DNA of 64,000 nt from contig OZ024741.1 in the NCBI GenBank assembly GCA_964016885.1, forward strand, positions 346,828,001 through 346,892,000, given 5' to 3'. Under the pieces are notes generated by a model that was given only the letters and a program-made list of their open reading frames with translations, did not search any database and had not been told where the DNA came from. Shown in pieces: positions 51,973-64,000 of the stretch; the stretch's first letter is position 1, and every line of letters starts with the position of its first letter. The position numbers and the translations under genes are program-made. The stretch comes from Eledone cirrhosa (taxonomy: Eukaryota).

Positions 51973-52199
51973 CTCAATTCATATGTATATAAATTTGAGG
52001 AACTTCTTCCCATCCATCCGCCACACAATGTGTATGTGCGTGTGTGTGAATGTATGTGTGTGTAAAAGGAAAGAAAGGGATACACACATATGTATGTCTC
52101 TAGCATGAAAACAGTGACATACACACACACATACGTCTCTAATTTAAGAACGCGGATAAACTCACACGCGCGCACATACACACACTGTTCTATTACCAC

Positions 52200-52470
52200 T
52201 TAATAGCTTTGGCCTTGGCAAATCTCCCCTCAATTTTGGAACCGTCTGGGTTGCGCAGAATTGATGGGAAAATACTTGACGATCTTATTCTGTTATTCTG
52301 GTCAAGAGGCAGGTGCCTCATCTGGGACGTCACAGTTAGTGACTCTTTTGCTTCTTCCCATATCCTGGATGCAGCAGTAAGGGCGAGAGATACAGCATCC
52401 ACAGATGAACAGAACAAAATCCTAAAATACCGTGTTCTGTCAGCTAACTACATTATCCAGCCTATGTGGT
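52200..52470 (+). pseudogene. CRE-like non-LTR element restriction-like endonuclease fragment
   Basis: LEPSGLRRIDGKILDDL..WSRGRCLIWDVTVSDSFASSH..KILKY resembles DGKRPDG..WDVT..K..KY. Confidence 0.75.
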
Positions 52471-53154
52471 CTTAGATACGTGCATTACATGCTTGTGTGT
52501 TTTTTCTCATTCTTTTTCTTTTCCCTTTCCTTTGTATACATTATATCTGTTTGTGTTTTCGTTCTGTTACCATTACATTAAATTGTTATACAAAAAGATT
52601 TAAACTGTGTTGTTAATAAATAAATAACAATGTGTATTTCATTTTACTCTCGACCGCTGCTATCATGACTGTATGAATGTATGTGTGAGTTTGTGTAAAT
52701 GTATATGTGTGAATGTATGTGTTTGTGTGAAAATATGTCGTGAGCGTGTATTTTTGTAAGTTTGTCTGTGTTTGCGCGATTATAGTCATATACTCATACA
52801 TATAGATGTATGTATGTGCACATACACACACGCACACACATACACATACGCTACACATACGCGTCAGCTGCCACATAATGACTCAATTTATCTGTATCTC
52901 TCTCATCACACACTCTTTCTCGCTCTGTCTATATATATATATATATATATATGGTAGTTGCAGTAGTGGTTGTAGCGGCGGTATACCGGAAGTGTAGAAA
53001 TTTGAAACTTTTAAAAGAAGTCAATTTTAAATAAGAAATAAAATTATTTATATTTAATCAAGAGTTACGAAATTTAGTACATAAATAATGTAATATTCAT
53101 TGATTATTTATTCAAAGTAATCCAACTCATTTTAGAAACGGGATAACAAAATAT

Positions 53155-54190
53155 ATTCCGGATGCAGTTCCGCACTCCTCTCTTTATTATAGTATAGATA
53201 AGTGACGTTATTGACGTCATCAAGCACAGCAACATGAGAATCTTTGCAGATGATCCCAAGCTCCGGAAAGCCATCAATGGAGTGGTTTACTGGACATGGC
53301 TTCAATCAGATCTACTTGCTGCTCTCCAATGAGCGGAAAAGAACAATATGCTGCTGAATGAAGATAAATTTAAGTTAATCTACTTTGGAAAAGAGGATGC
53401 ACTAAAACTCCCATATTCGCTTTCTTCAGATAAAGCTCTCGTGGCATCCAACAACGCCAGATATTTGGGATTAATTGCTGTTAACAACATGAGCTGGGCC
53501 ACTCATATCAACAGCAAAGTTGACATGGCCCGCAGAATGAGTTCCAGGTTTCTTATAACTTTCCAGTCGAGAAATATTCACACTATTATCCTTCTCTTCT
53601 CTGCCTTCGCCCGACCGCACCTCGAATACTGTTGTCCAATATAGTCTCCCCACACGAAACAAAATATTATGAAAATTGAAGCACCTCAAATGTCAATCAC
53701 TAAAATGATATATGGCATCACAGGCCTTCACTATTGGGGTCGACTAGAAAAGCTCAAACACTATTCTCTACAACGCCACCGTGTGCGCTACATTATCTGC
53801 ATGATGTGGAAAACATTCCAACAGCATTACCCAAATTATGTTCGCATCATCTTTACAGAACCTCTAAGTCTTTGACCTCGAACGATCCGCCCACAACAAA
53901 AATCAAACTCGCTTCTCATAACAACATTACGGCGCAATTATTTCACCTCAATTAGTCCTCACTACAGCCAAAACTTTAAAATGAAAACAGATCCCATAAA
54001 ATACAAAAGTCTTTGGACAAATTCCCTCGAAAAATCCCGGATAAACTCATACACCCGGATATGTCTCCGTAAACAATAACTCTCTACTCAAATGGACCAT
54101 GATGTCCAATTCCTTATTTAAAATACTTCGCCAGGCTGTAATACTCAGTTAGACATAGAGAGGGTCAATACTGGCCGAAACCTATAAAAG
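53155..54190 (+). mobile_element. 5'-truncated decayed CR1-like LINE
   Basis: RIFADD, LQSDL, MLLNEDKF, RYLG, RPHLEYCCPI, RLEKLKHYSLQR. Confidence 0.88.
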
Positions 54191-54593
54191 TTATATATAT
54201 ATATATATATATTAAAATAACAGATTAAAGTTTAAGCAAAGACATCGCTGCTTTCACCCTTAACGGGATGACTTTGAAACTAAAAAAAAATCTACCTCTG
54301 AACGCGAAAGTAAATATTTCGAAAAACCTTGCAACCGGAGGAAGACATGAAGACGATACTTTGGTTCGTGGAGACGTTCCCTGGCAATGAACGGAAAAAA
54401 AGAAGATAATACGTCATTATGTGGCGCGATGAGAACAATTACGAGCAAAGACAAAACCACGTTTATGGTTTAACTGAAGTCGTAGACTAAAATTCTATTT
54501 AGGAAACCGAATGATTCTCGGCTTCAGTGTTAAGAATACTGTAAATAAATGACAGAGTTTATTGGAATCATCAATATACATGAACGCATCCAT

Positions 54594-54696
<103 letters not shown>

Positions 54697-54828
54697 CAAT
54701 GAGTTATTTAATTTGTTGGTTATTCAACAAATTTAGTTTATAACAGATTAGAAGCACTCTACAAGATTCTTCTGGAGTATAATATCAATAATATTAATAA
54801 ATGGAAACTATCTTTATAAAACTATATT

Positions 54829-54890
54829 TATTTTATTATATATATTTCAATGGTACCAACATTTTTGGTACGCAGTCATCAGATAAAATA
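54829..54890 (-). ncRNA. Type I hammerhead, intact core (AUA site), weak stem II base
   Basis: TATTTTAT-CTGATGA-ctgc GTACCAA aaatg TTGGTAC catt-GAAA-TATATA-TA-ATAAAATA. Confidence 0.72.
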
Positions 54891-55027
54891 TAAAAGTTGT
54901 TTTACAGATAGTGACATATACAAAACTAGAAGTTATCGTGTTGAGTTCTGTTTGAATAGAACTCAAACAGAATTCAAAACGATAAGTTCTAGTTTTGAAT
55001 ATGTCACTATCTGTAAAACAACTTTTA

Positions 55028-55089
55028 TATTTTATCTGATCAGCGTGTACCAAATATTTTGGTACCCTTGAAATATACATAATAAAATA
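55028..55089 (+). ncRNA. Hammerhead copy with core mutation (CTGATCA, G8 lost)
   Basis: Mirror of 54829-54890. Confidence 0.6.
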
Positions 55090-55233
55090 AATATGGTTTT
55101 ATAACGATAGTTTCCATTTATTAATATTATTGATATATATATATACACACACAAATAGATATTAATATATACGTGTATATGTAAATTTCTATCTCGTCTC
55201 TCTCTCTCTCTCTGTATATATATATATATATAT

Positions 55234-55592
55234 TAGAGTTGCCCTTATTTTTCAACTTTCTAACAGTTTAGCTCCCCCCCCCATCTTATTTCCATTAACA
55301 GAAAACCAATCTGTACAAAACTTTAACTCAAGGGGACAACTGCAAGGCGACCGACATCAACCGTAAAATTTTGACGTTTTCGCTCGGAAAGTAATTTTTT
55401 CAGATAAAAATATTTATCTCTTATATAATTTTCTCTCAAATTGAAAACTTATTCAGACTTATTCTTGATATTAGAAGCAGAAGTGACAATAAATATAATG
55501 GGTGAGGCAATTTGAAAAGCAGGAGATAGAGCGCTGTGGAAGCAACAATATTTTAACTTTCAGAAAATTACCTATTGCTAAGGGCCACCCTA
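55234..55592. mobile_element. Possible hAT-like MITE
   Basis: TAGAGTTGCCCTTA vs TAGGGTGGCCCTTA termini (12/14); no clear TSD. Confidence 0.4.
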
Positions 55593-55661
55593 CTATACCT
55601 ATATCTGTATGTGGTTGACAGCTGAGCGAAATGAGCACTCGTTATTGGGTTTTATATATAT

Positions 55662-55698
<37 letters not shown>

Positions 55699-55919
55699 CA
55701 AGGAGAGCAGGGAGGGCAAGGAGAAAAGGAGAACACGGAGTGCAAGGAGGAAAAGTGAGACCAAGGAAAGCAATGAAAAAAGGAGAAGAAGAAGAGCAAG
55801 GTGAAAAGGAGGGCACGGAGAGGAAAGAGAAAGGGAGAGCGCGTTGTTGTTAAATGGAATAGGATGAAGAGGTGGCAGCAGACACATTTTAACTTTCGGA
55901 AATTACCTATTGCTGAAGG

Positions 55920-55973
<54 letters not shown>

Positions 55974-56289
55974 CTTCCGCTTTTGCTACGGACTGGTACA
56001 TGTATAGGTCAAATTTCGGCCTCTTTCGATCCTGTACTAGCTAGTAGAAGGCAATATATTTTGCCGTTCCTGGGACTTTCTGCCCTAGGAAAGTAAAATG
56101 CTTTCCGAAGATCTTCTCTTTTCCATTGGAGATCCCATGGATTTCTAATGTTTTGTGAAGTGAAACTGATCAGTAAAAGCACTGGAGTGGGTACATTTTT
56201 AAATTATATTTTTTAAATTAAAAAAAAAAATTGTTTGAATGTTTCTTGTTCTGCTTATCTCAATATATATATATATATATATATATATA

Positions 56290-58771
56290 CTAGCAGAAGT
56301 ACCCGGCGCTGCCCGGCTGTAAGTCGACCTTTGGTCTGTTAGAATGTGTGAAAGTTACTTCCCGCGCATCACCGGTTCAAAACTTCGAACTTCAATGAAA
56401 AAAAATAGGTTAGTAGACACAGGTGTGTAATTTATTAATTGTAGTTACACAGTGTATCGTTGAAATTGTTCTCTGCACGACTGACGGAAGGCAAAATCGC
56501 TTGGTATTGAATGTTCAGTTAATTTAAAGCAGGGTGAAAATGTCGATTACTTTCAGGGTTTTTTTTTTTTTACAATTTTTGCGCTCACATGTGCAGAAGA
56601 AGAATTAAAAGGGCCTTTATCTTAACCACGGCATAATGGCGAGTCTTTTGTGACAGTTTTCAAGAATATAGGACGTTCCTGTAAAAAGGTTTTCCCATGT
56701 GTAACTTTGCCTTGTTTTTTTGCGCAAAGTCGAGCCCCTCTTCAGTTTTATTGATTTTTTACATCAATGCGTGATCTCTGAAGTAGATTTGAGTAGCTAA
56801 AAATCTGTCCCGGTAAATTTTCCTATAGGTGAAAAAAAGTTGATCAAAATTGTATCTAGGGTTATTGCCCTTTGCCACAGCCTCAAGCCTCGTCTGACGG
56901 GATGTTGGTGATTCCTCCGTCAGCGCTTGTTGGCGACGAAGGCGAACATCAGCAAGCCTTGTCGTACGTGATGTTGGTGACTCAACCAGCCGGGAAAGCC
57001 GAGATTCGCGCTCAGCAGGTCTTTCCTAGAGAAAATTAATTAATTCTACTGGTTAGCTAAGCCAATGGCAGTGTCAATAGTAAATGAGAAAAGTCTAACA
57101 TGAACAAAAGGGAATCAAGGTAAGACAATAAATTTAATATAACTACGATTAGAATGTTGTAGTTGCTTAAAAGTGGTGACAGTTAGGATAAACGCAGTAC
57201 TTGCTAACATTAAGGGAGAATATTGCATAAAGGATTAATCAATTGTGAATGAACTCATACCTGAGAACGCCTAATTCGTTGTTTCAAAGCAGTAGCTGTA
57301 CGTTTCCGTGTGGGCATAACGACGTGTAACGAAGCTGTTAGGTTAGAGAGAGGTGATTAAATACAGAGAGAGATGACACCAGATTCGTTAGCATGGTTAC
57401 TGGTGAATGGGAAGGTTTGGAAATATGATTACAATAACTTACCGAATTTTCCGGTCTATAAATTGCACTTAAAATAATTAAATTTAATCAAAAAACAGCT
57501 CTGCGCTTTATACTCCAGTGAGCCTTATGTATAAATAATACAATAGTAATCAATCACGGCTCTAACAGAAGTAATAGATCTAGACTAAAAGTAAAGAAGA
57601 TAGCATTTTCCTGGTTGGCCTTACACGCCGTTGCGCGGACCTGATTTTAAATGATACGCCTTATATCCTGGTGAGCCTTATAGAGCGGAAAATATCTAGT
57701 GGAAAAGAATATGAATTCATGACCAAGGTGTGAGAAAATAAGCGTCTATACAGCGCCTGAAACAAACTTGTCCAAAAGCCTAGGATTTTTCTCGTTAAGT
57801 ATCCACCAAAAAGGAACCGTTTTTTAGTTACAAAAAATAACCAAAGTGTATAGTAGCGATATTTCTGACATATCATGCCAAAAAGAATAATATATTCAAA
57901 AAATGTTCTAAAGTACATTCAATCTCTCTTTTTGACCGATATCTTAATAAGCAAGTTATCGATTTTTTATTGGCTGTCAGTGTCTATCTGCATGCAGGTG
58001 TGCACGTGTGCGCAATTAATTGCAAATACGCTCATAACATTTAGTCGTAAGCAGAACAAAAAATGCCATTAGAGGTGGGCTAATAATGAAGATACAAACC
58101 CTGGTGAACTTGCGTTTAAACACCCGAAAAGTTACTCACTTCCTGTGCAAAAGACTGTATTATAAATTAAGTAATTGTTTAGAATCTTTTGTTTAAAAAA
58201 GAAAACATTGGTACGGAAGTAACATTTTTTACAACTTTGTATGTGTACAATACAACTTGGTCAACGTATTATTTAGTAATTTTTTATTTCAAAAAGCATG
58301 ATTATTTAAGACTGTTTGAAAATTTACTCAGAGCTTTTAGCATCACAAAAGACACCATTAAATTTGGTTCTCTTTTCATATAGGGATAATACTGTATTTC
58401 CACTTGAATAAGGTGGAATATGAAAAGATAAACTATTTAATGGTCGGTCGTTTACTGAGACAGCTGGGAAGACATGCAGCTGGCCGTCCAATCAATAACG
58501 CACGTCCTTATATGGGCATATGAAATTTATTTTTATTGCGCCAGATGTAAACTAAGAGTTCTTGTGTTCGAATTCACATAAAATTTCATTGGAAACGAAA
58601 AACATTCTGTCATAGGGCCCGATTATCGATTTTTCGAAAATTTCAAGTAGCCTATTCCACTCTACGCGTTGAGTTGTATATATGTGTGAGGTTTCATGAA
58701 AATTGGATGAACGGTGTAGCATGTAAGTTGGGAACACCAAACAATGTCCATCTTCCCTTTATATATATAGA
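56290..58771 (-). mobile_element. Non-autonomous Helitron
   Basis: Minus strand A|TCTATATATATAAA ... CCGGGCAGCGCCGGGT hairpin ..CTAG|T; internal ESPTSRTTRL/ESPTSRQTRL repeats like RepHel N-termini at ~56865-57026. Confidence 0.85.
57440..57698. mobile_element. Tc1/mariner (Tc2/pogo-like) MITE nested in the Helitron
   Basis: TA-CCGAATTTTCCGGTCTATAA ... TTATAGAGCGGAAAATATC-TA imperfect TIRs with repeated GTGAGCCTTAT. Confidence 0.65.
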
Positions 58772-58777
58772 TAATAA

Positions 58778-58960
58778 TTGTTTCTACTTTTGGCACAAGG
58801 CCAGCATTTATCCCAGTACATTACTGGTACTTTATTATATCGACCCCGTAAGGATGAAAGGCAAAGTTAACCTTGAAGGGATTTGAACTCAGAACATAAA
58901 GGGGCGTAACTCTATGCTACAAAGCATGGCGTCCGACACTCTACCGATACTGCCAATCCA
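58778..58960 (-). mobile_element. ATT-tailed tRNA SINE
   Basis: Matches 13088-13273. Confidence 0.88.
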
Positions 58961-58994
58961 AGCAATTCAGTGTGTAGAGTATTCTCTCCAAAGA

Positions 58995-59149
58995 AGATTC
59001 CGAATGCACTAGGTGTCTACTCTCGGCCTCCCTACGGACGGCTTGTCTGATGGCAGCGTCCGGGTCTCATCAGCCGGGCCAGAAATCGAACTCCCACCCT
59101 CACGATCCCAAGTCCAATGTCCTAACTAACCACTGAGCCATGCGCCTTC
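58995..59149 (-). mobile_element. tRNA-headed SINE with hammerhead-like body
   Basis: A box TGGCTCAGTGG, B box GAGTTCGATTTC, then CTGATGA-GACC..GGCC-GAGA-GTAG acac CTAG-TG. Confidence 0.6.
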
Positions 59150-59176
59150 ATACACACACACACATACGCACACACT

Positions 59177-59228
<52 letters not shown>

Positions 59229-59378
59229 GTAAGAATAATAAAGGTGAAGACTAAAACACGAAAGAGACCTGTTAAGATCCCGTTAAGAGTGAAAGCTGCG
59301 ATTCTTTGCTTATACTTTAATCTGTTATTTTAATAAATATACATATACAAACACAAATATATATATATATATATATAA

Positions 59379-60315
59379 GTCCTTGTATTAACATTGAACT
59401 AAAACCTGTTGAGAAAGTGGCTTCCTTGTTCAATCATCTTACCAGAAGCCTGACATTATTTATGTAAGCGGAGGGTACTTGATTTAGGAGCCGCAGAAAT
59501 CGAAATACTGGATTTTACCAACCTTCCAAGGGTCCGGGTAAATTTTCAATACCCGAATTACCTGATCGTCTTTTTTGGCTATGCGAATGATTGTTTAACC
59601 ATCGTCTCAGTGTGTTTGGCCTTTAACGTATGTTATAGCTCTGATTCATCTGAATCATTGAGCACTTGCCTCACATATCGGAGGTTGTTTTTCGTTATTT
59701 CGTGGGCCGAAATGCGAATCTCGATAATTTATGTTTGTATTTATCTCCAGACTCTAGCTATTGACCAGTTAATTTTCTTGATTTTTTAGTTGATTATATT
59801 TACTGACGAATAGCTTATGTTAATTTTAACCCTTCTGTTGAGAACTCTATTCGATTTGTGATGTTTTTGCATTCTTGCAAAAATATACACAACTGAATTT
59901 ATTCGCCTGATATAGGGGCTGCCTCCCTTGCCGATCCCCACGTGGAGTCAGCAATAGTCAGTCTTTGTATTTACATTGAACTAAAACCTGTTGAGAAAGT
60001 GGTTTCCTTGTTCAATCATCTTACCAGAAGCCTGACATTATTTATGTAAGCGGACGGTACTTGATTTAGGAGCCGCAGAAACCCAAATACTGGATTTTAC
60101 CAACCTTCCAGGGGTCCGGGTAAATTTCTAATAACCGAATTACCTGATCGTTTTTTTTTGGCTATGCGAATGATTGTTTAACCATCGTCTCAGTGTGTTT
60201 GGCCTTTAACGTTTGTTATAGCTCTGATTCATCTGTATCATTGAGCACTTGCCTCACATCTCGGGGGTTGTTTTTCGTTATTTCGTGAGCCGAAATGCGA
60301 ATCTCGATAATTTAT

Positions 60316-60319
<4 letters not shown>
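59379..60319. repeat. ~1.6 tandem copies of a ~582 bp monomer
   Basis: 59379 region recurs at ~59961; (TA)n flanks. Confidence 0.9.
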
Positions 60320-60350
<31 letters not shown>

Positions 60351-60351
<1 letters not shown>

Positions 60352-60416
60352 TCTTTTACTCTTTTACCTGTTTCAGCCATCCGGCTGAGGCCATGCTGCG
60401 GCACCGCCCTTGTAAC
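60351..60416 (-). mobile_element. LINE/SINE-like 3' tail fused to the 5S copy
   Basis: GGCGGTGCCGCAGCATGGCC, hairpin TCAGCC ggat GGCTGA, terminal (GTAAAAGA)x2. Confidence 0.65.
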
Positions 60417-60534
60417 GCTTACGGCACCCAGGGTTCCCAAGCGGTCACCCATCCAAGTACTAACTAGGCTCTACGTTGCTTAACTTCGGTGATCGGACGA
60501 GAACCGGTGTTTTCAGCGTGATATGGCCGTAAAC
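60417..60534 (-). rRNA. Full-length 5S rRNA sequence (solitary, probably a retroposed SINE3 head or pseudogene)
   Basis: GTTTACGGCCATATCACG..CCGATCACCGAAGTTAAGC..TTAGTACTTGGATGGGTGACC..GCCGTAAGC; helix I pairs fully; no oligo-T terminator. Confidence 0.95.
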
Positions 60535-60688
60535 ATATATATATATATATATATATATGTAAAAGTTCAATTTAAATTGTTGGGATACAACAAGCAAATA
60601 TTTTTATAACTGATATAAAGCACTCAACAAATATTTGGAGTAAAAATATGATATTAACAAATAGAAATTATATTTATAAAACCACATT

Positions 60689-60752
60689 TATAACATTATA
60701 CATATTTCAAGGACACCAACTTAAATTATGGGTGCTTTCATCAGATAAAATA
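60689..60752 (-). ncRNA. Type I hammerhead, intact core (AUA site), stem I with mismatches
   Basis: TATTTTAT-CTGATGA-AAGCACCCA..TGGTGTCCTT-GAAA-TATGTA-TA-ATGTTATA. Confidence 0.7.
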
Positions 60753-60892
60753 TAATATAGATCAGTTTTATAAATAAATATTGCAAACAAAGAATGCAAC
60801 CATTACTGTTGGAAGCTCCCGGGAGCTTCCAACAGTAATGTTTGCATTCTTTAAGGTATGTCAATATTTATTTATAGAACTGATCTATATTA

Positions 60893-60960
60893 TATTTTAT
60901 CTGATGAAAGCACACCATAATTTATTAATTTGGTGTCCTTTAAATATGTATAATGAAATA
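60893..60960 (+). ncRNA. Hammerhead copy with core mutation (TAAA, G12 lost)
   Basis: TATTTTAT-CTGATGA-AAG c ACACCA..TGGTGT c CTT-TAAA-TATGTA-TA-ATGAAATA. Confidence 0.62.
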
Positions 60961-60999
60961 AATATGGTTTTATAAATATAGTTTACATTTGTTAATATC

Positions 61000-61095
<96 letters not shown>

Positions 61096-61411
61096 TATTT
61101 ATATATATATATGAATTAGATTTACGAGATTTTTTTATATGAAAAGAGAAGTATAAATAAATAAACAAATAAATACATACACAAACACAATAACAACAAA
61201 CACATATAATCACACACGAGTAAACTAAGATAGAATACAATAACCAATATACAGTCACCCAAACACGAACACACATAAAACAAAACACTATACACACACG
61301 CAAACGCATGCGCAGAGAAGACAAAAAATAAACAAATAAATAAATAAATAAACAGACTAAATAAAGATGGTTTAGGCATACAATGCAACGGGCGGAAACA
61401 TAATAGCACCA

Positions 61412-61451
61412 CTGACGATGTTGCAGATGTGCAACGAAAAAACTTTGTTAG
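61412..61451 (+). ncRNA. Partial hammerhead-like motif
   Basis: CTGACGA-T-GTTGCA gatg TGCAAC-GAAA; stem I partner missing. Confidence 0.45.
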
Positions 61452-61664
61452 ACTATATATATATGTGTTTGTGTCTATATTGTATCTGTATTTTTGACCG
61501 TTGGTCAGTCAATGGTAAAATTGAGGAACGAATACATTAAATTAACCGATATAAAGGACACAGAAGCGAAAACCAACCAAACAGTGAGTGTGTTCTGTTA
61601 TTAATTCTGGCAATATTATTACACAAATATGACCCTACCCAAGTATAACAATATATATATATAT

Positions 61665-62337
61665 GCATTTATATATAGCGTATTTTGCAATACAATGTAT
61701 GCTTAAATAAAAGCATGTCGAAGACCTTACGCTATTGTTTTAGAGTAGTGACAGTCGCACTACTGATTATTACTAGAATTCTATAAGAATCAAACATTCA
61801 TGATTTTCAGTAAACGGGCCGAGTACTTAGCTTTGATAAGCACCAAAAAGTGCGAAATAGAGCTCTATCAGCTTGATCTCCCTGTTCGCTGAAAATTAAA
61901 GTAAGTGAGACTCTAAAACAATAGCGTAAGGTCTTCGAAATCCTTTTAATTAAGCTTACAGTGTATTGCAAAATACAGTATATATACATTCATATATATA
62001 TCGCTATTTCAGAGCACCATGTCTAATTTTCAATTTCTGCTTGACCGGCAACTGCTCTGTATTCAGTTCCTGATTATTACTAGAATTCTATAAGAATCAA
62101 ACATTTATTATTTTCAGCAAACAGGCGGAGTAATTAGCTTTGATAAGCATCAAAAAGTGCGAAACAGAGCTCTGTCAGCTTTATCTCCACTGTTTGCTGA
62201 AAATTGAAGTAAGTGAGACTGTCACTTCTTTAAAACAATAGCGTAAGGTCTTTGAAATGCTTTTAATTAAGCATACAGTGTATTGCAAAATACAGTATAT
62301 ATACATTCATATATATATCGCTATTTCAGAGCAGCAA

Positions 62338-62342
<5 letters not shown>
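61665..62342. repeat. Tandem plus inverted copies of a ~310 bp monomer
   Basis: 61763 recurs at 62070 and 62002 at 62319; left end is an inverted partial copy. Confidence 0.85.
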
Positions 62343-62371
<29 letters not shown>

Positions 62372-62377
<6 letters not shown>

Positions 62378-63260
62378 TACTCTGTAATAGCGATGTATGT
62401 ATGAATGTATGTATAGTATATTTGATAATATACTGTATGTTTATTTAAAAACATTTTGAAGACCATTCGCTATGAGTTTTAAAGTAGTGACTATGTCACT
62501 TACTTTGTCTCGGCAAAAACAAAGAGAAGCAACCGACAGCTGTTTCTCGTTTGTTACCGATTATCAAGATTGCTTATGCCTTCGTTTCTGCCGAGACTTG
62601 TGGAAGCTGGATTCTTATAGGATTCCAGTGATGTTTAAGAGCTGATTAAGCAGAGCAGTTGCCGGTCCAGCAAAAATTAGAAATTTGTATCAGTGCTCTG
62701 GATTAGCGATGTATGTATGAATGTATGTATAGTACATTTGATAATATACTGTATGTTTATTTAAAAACATTTTGAAGACCATTCGCTATGAGTTTTAAAG
62801 TAGTGACTATGTCACTTACTTTATTTTTTGCCGAGGCAGAGTAAGTGACATAGTCACTACTTTAAAACTCATAGCGAATGGTCTTCAAAATGTTTTAAAA
62901 TAAACATACAGTATATTATCAAATATACTATACATATATTCATACATACAACGCTATTCCAGAGCACTGATACAAATTTCTAATTTTTGCTGGACCGGCA
63001 ACTGCTCTGCTTAATCAGCTCTTAAACATCACTGGAATCCTATAAGAATCCAGCTTCCACAAGTCTCGGCAGAAACGAAGGGATAAGCAATCTAGATAAT
63101 CGTTAACAAACGAGAAACAGCTGTCGGTTGCTTCCCTTTGTTTATGCCGAGACAAAGTAAGTGACATAGTCAGTACTTTAAAACTCATAGCGAATGGTCT
63201 TCAAAATGTTTTTAAATAAACATACAGTATATTATCAAATATACTATACATACATTCATA
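62372..63260. repeat. ~860 bp palindrome (62400-63260) built from a 316 bp tandem monomer
   Basis: 62372 recurs at 62688; arms meet across a 19-nt spacer at 62821-62839. Confidence 0.92.
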
Positions 63261-63286
63261 TATATATATATATGTGTATGTATGTA

Positions 63287-63330
<44 letters not shown>

Positions 63331-64000
63331 GGATCTGCTCACACCATACGATATTCTGTACCCGGAGTCTCATAAATGAATATATTTGTTTATGACAGTT
63401 ATTATTTTCGAAAGTGACTACGGAAAATCAAGCATTATATTCTTACAGTATCCAATACTGTCTCATTTTATTTTCCATTTCTTACCTTCAGAATCACCTG
63501 CTTGTTAAATCGTTAAGAATGTACGCATATCTGTCATTGCCTGATAGATTCATTGTAAAATAAAGAGAAATGAAGAATGATGAAAAAATATACTTGTAAT
63601 GATGAGGGAGGATGAGTGCCATTGTGGATAAGATATCGAATGAAGTTTATATGTGATACTTATATGTAAAGAGGAATGAAGAGGAAATAAATAGTTAAAT
63701 ATGAATTGATGGCAAGGGATAATCATATTCGCATAGAAGCCATTTATCTGCAAATTTCTGCGAATGTTTAAATCACCTTTTGAATGCGAATATATATATA
63801 AGCGTGTGATATGTTCATGTTTTATACCTACCCCATTGTAATAAAACATATGTGGTCCTATATCAACTTGGTATGAAGAAATTCGTAAATATGTCTTTAG
63901 AAGGTCTTATTGTATCAATAGTCTCTCAGCTCATTTAGGTTCTTATCCATTGTATTTAAATTGGTCATGTAATATGGATAGGTCCATTTCTTCTGTACAT

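Larger units (their letters stand above)
60560..60999. mobile_element. 350-bp fold-back (60650-60999) with a hammerhead in each arm plus ~90 bp left tail
   Basis: Loopless 40-bp perfect palindrome at 60801-60840; outer arms and tail homologous to 54693-55136. Confidence 0.85.

Noticed and set aside
60417-60534. Functional 5S rDNA array gene
   Set aside because: Solitary, no upstream spacer, no T-run terminator
61665-63260. CRISPR-like array
   Set aside because: Whole monomers repeat without unique spacers; eukaryotic context, no cas genes

Overview
Repeat-dense, AT- and microsatellite-rich animal genomic DNA with a 200-N gap at 21323-21522. The SINE families suggest an octopod cephalopod (inference from recalled consensus, not from a search). 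No host gene can be supported. The window is dominated by retroelements: an intact 1132-aa Dong/R4-type RT-RLE LINE plus decayed relatives, four Tx1/L1-group LINE copies, three Naiad-type Penelope-like (GIY-YIG) remnants, RTE/CR1/CRE fragments, many tRNA-headed SINEs, a 5S rRNA-headed retroposon, a non-autonomous Helitron and MITEs. Most notable: (1) several non-coding fold-back elements in (TA)n tracts carry two outward-facing hammerhead ribozyme motifs and a one-sided ~100 bp tail; (2) eight insertions are stacked in one (AAT)n tract with a strict orientation rule, and a shared 3' end suggests a Tx1-SINE partnership; (3) a full-length 5S rRNA is fused to a LINE-like tail.
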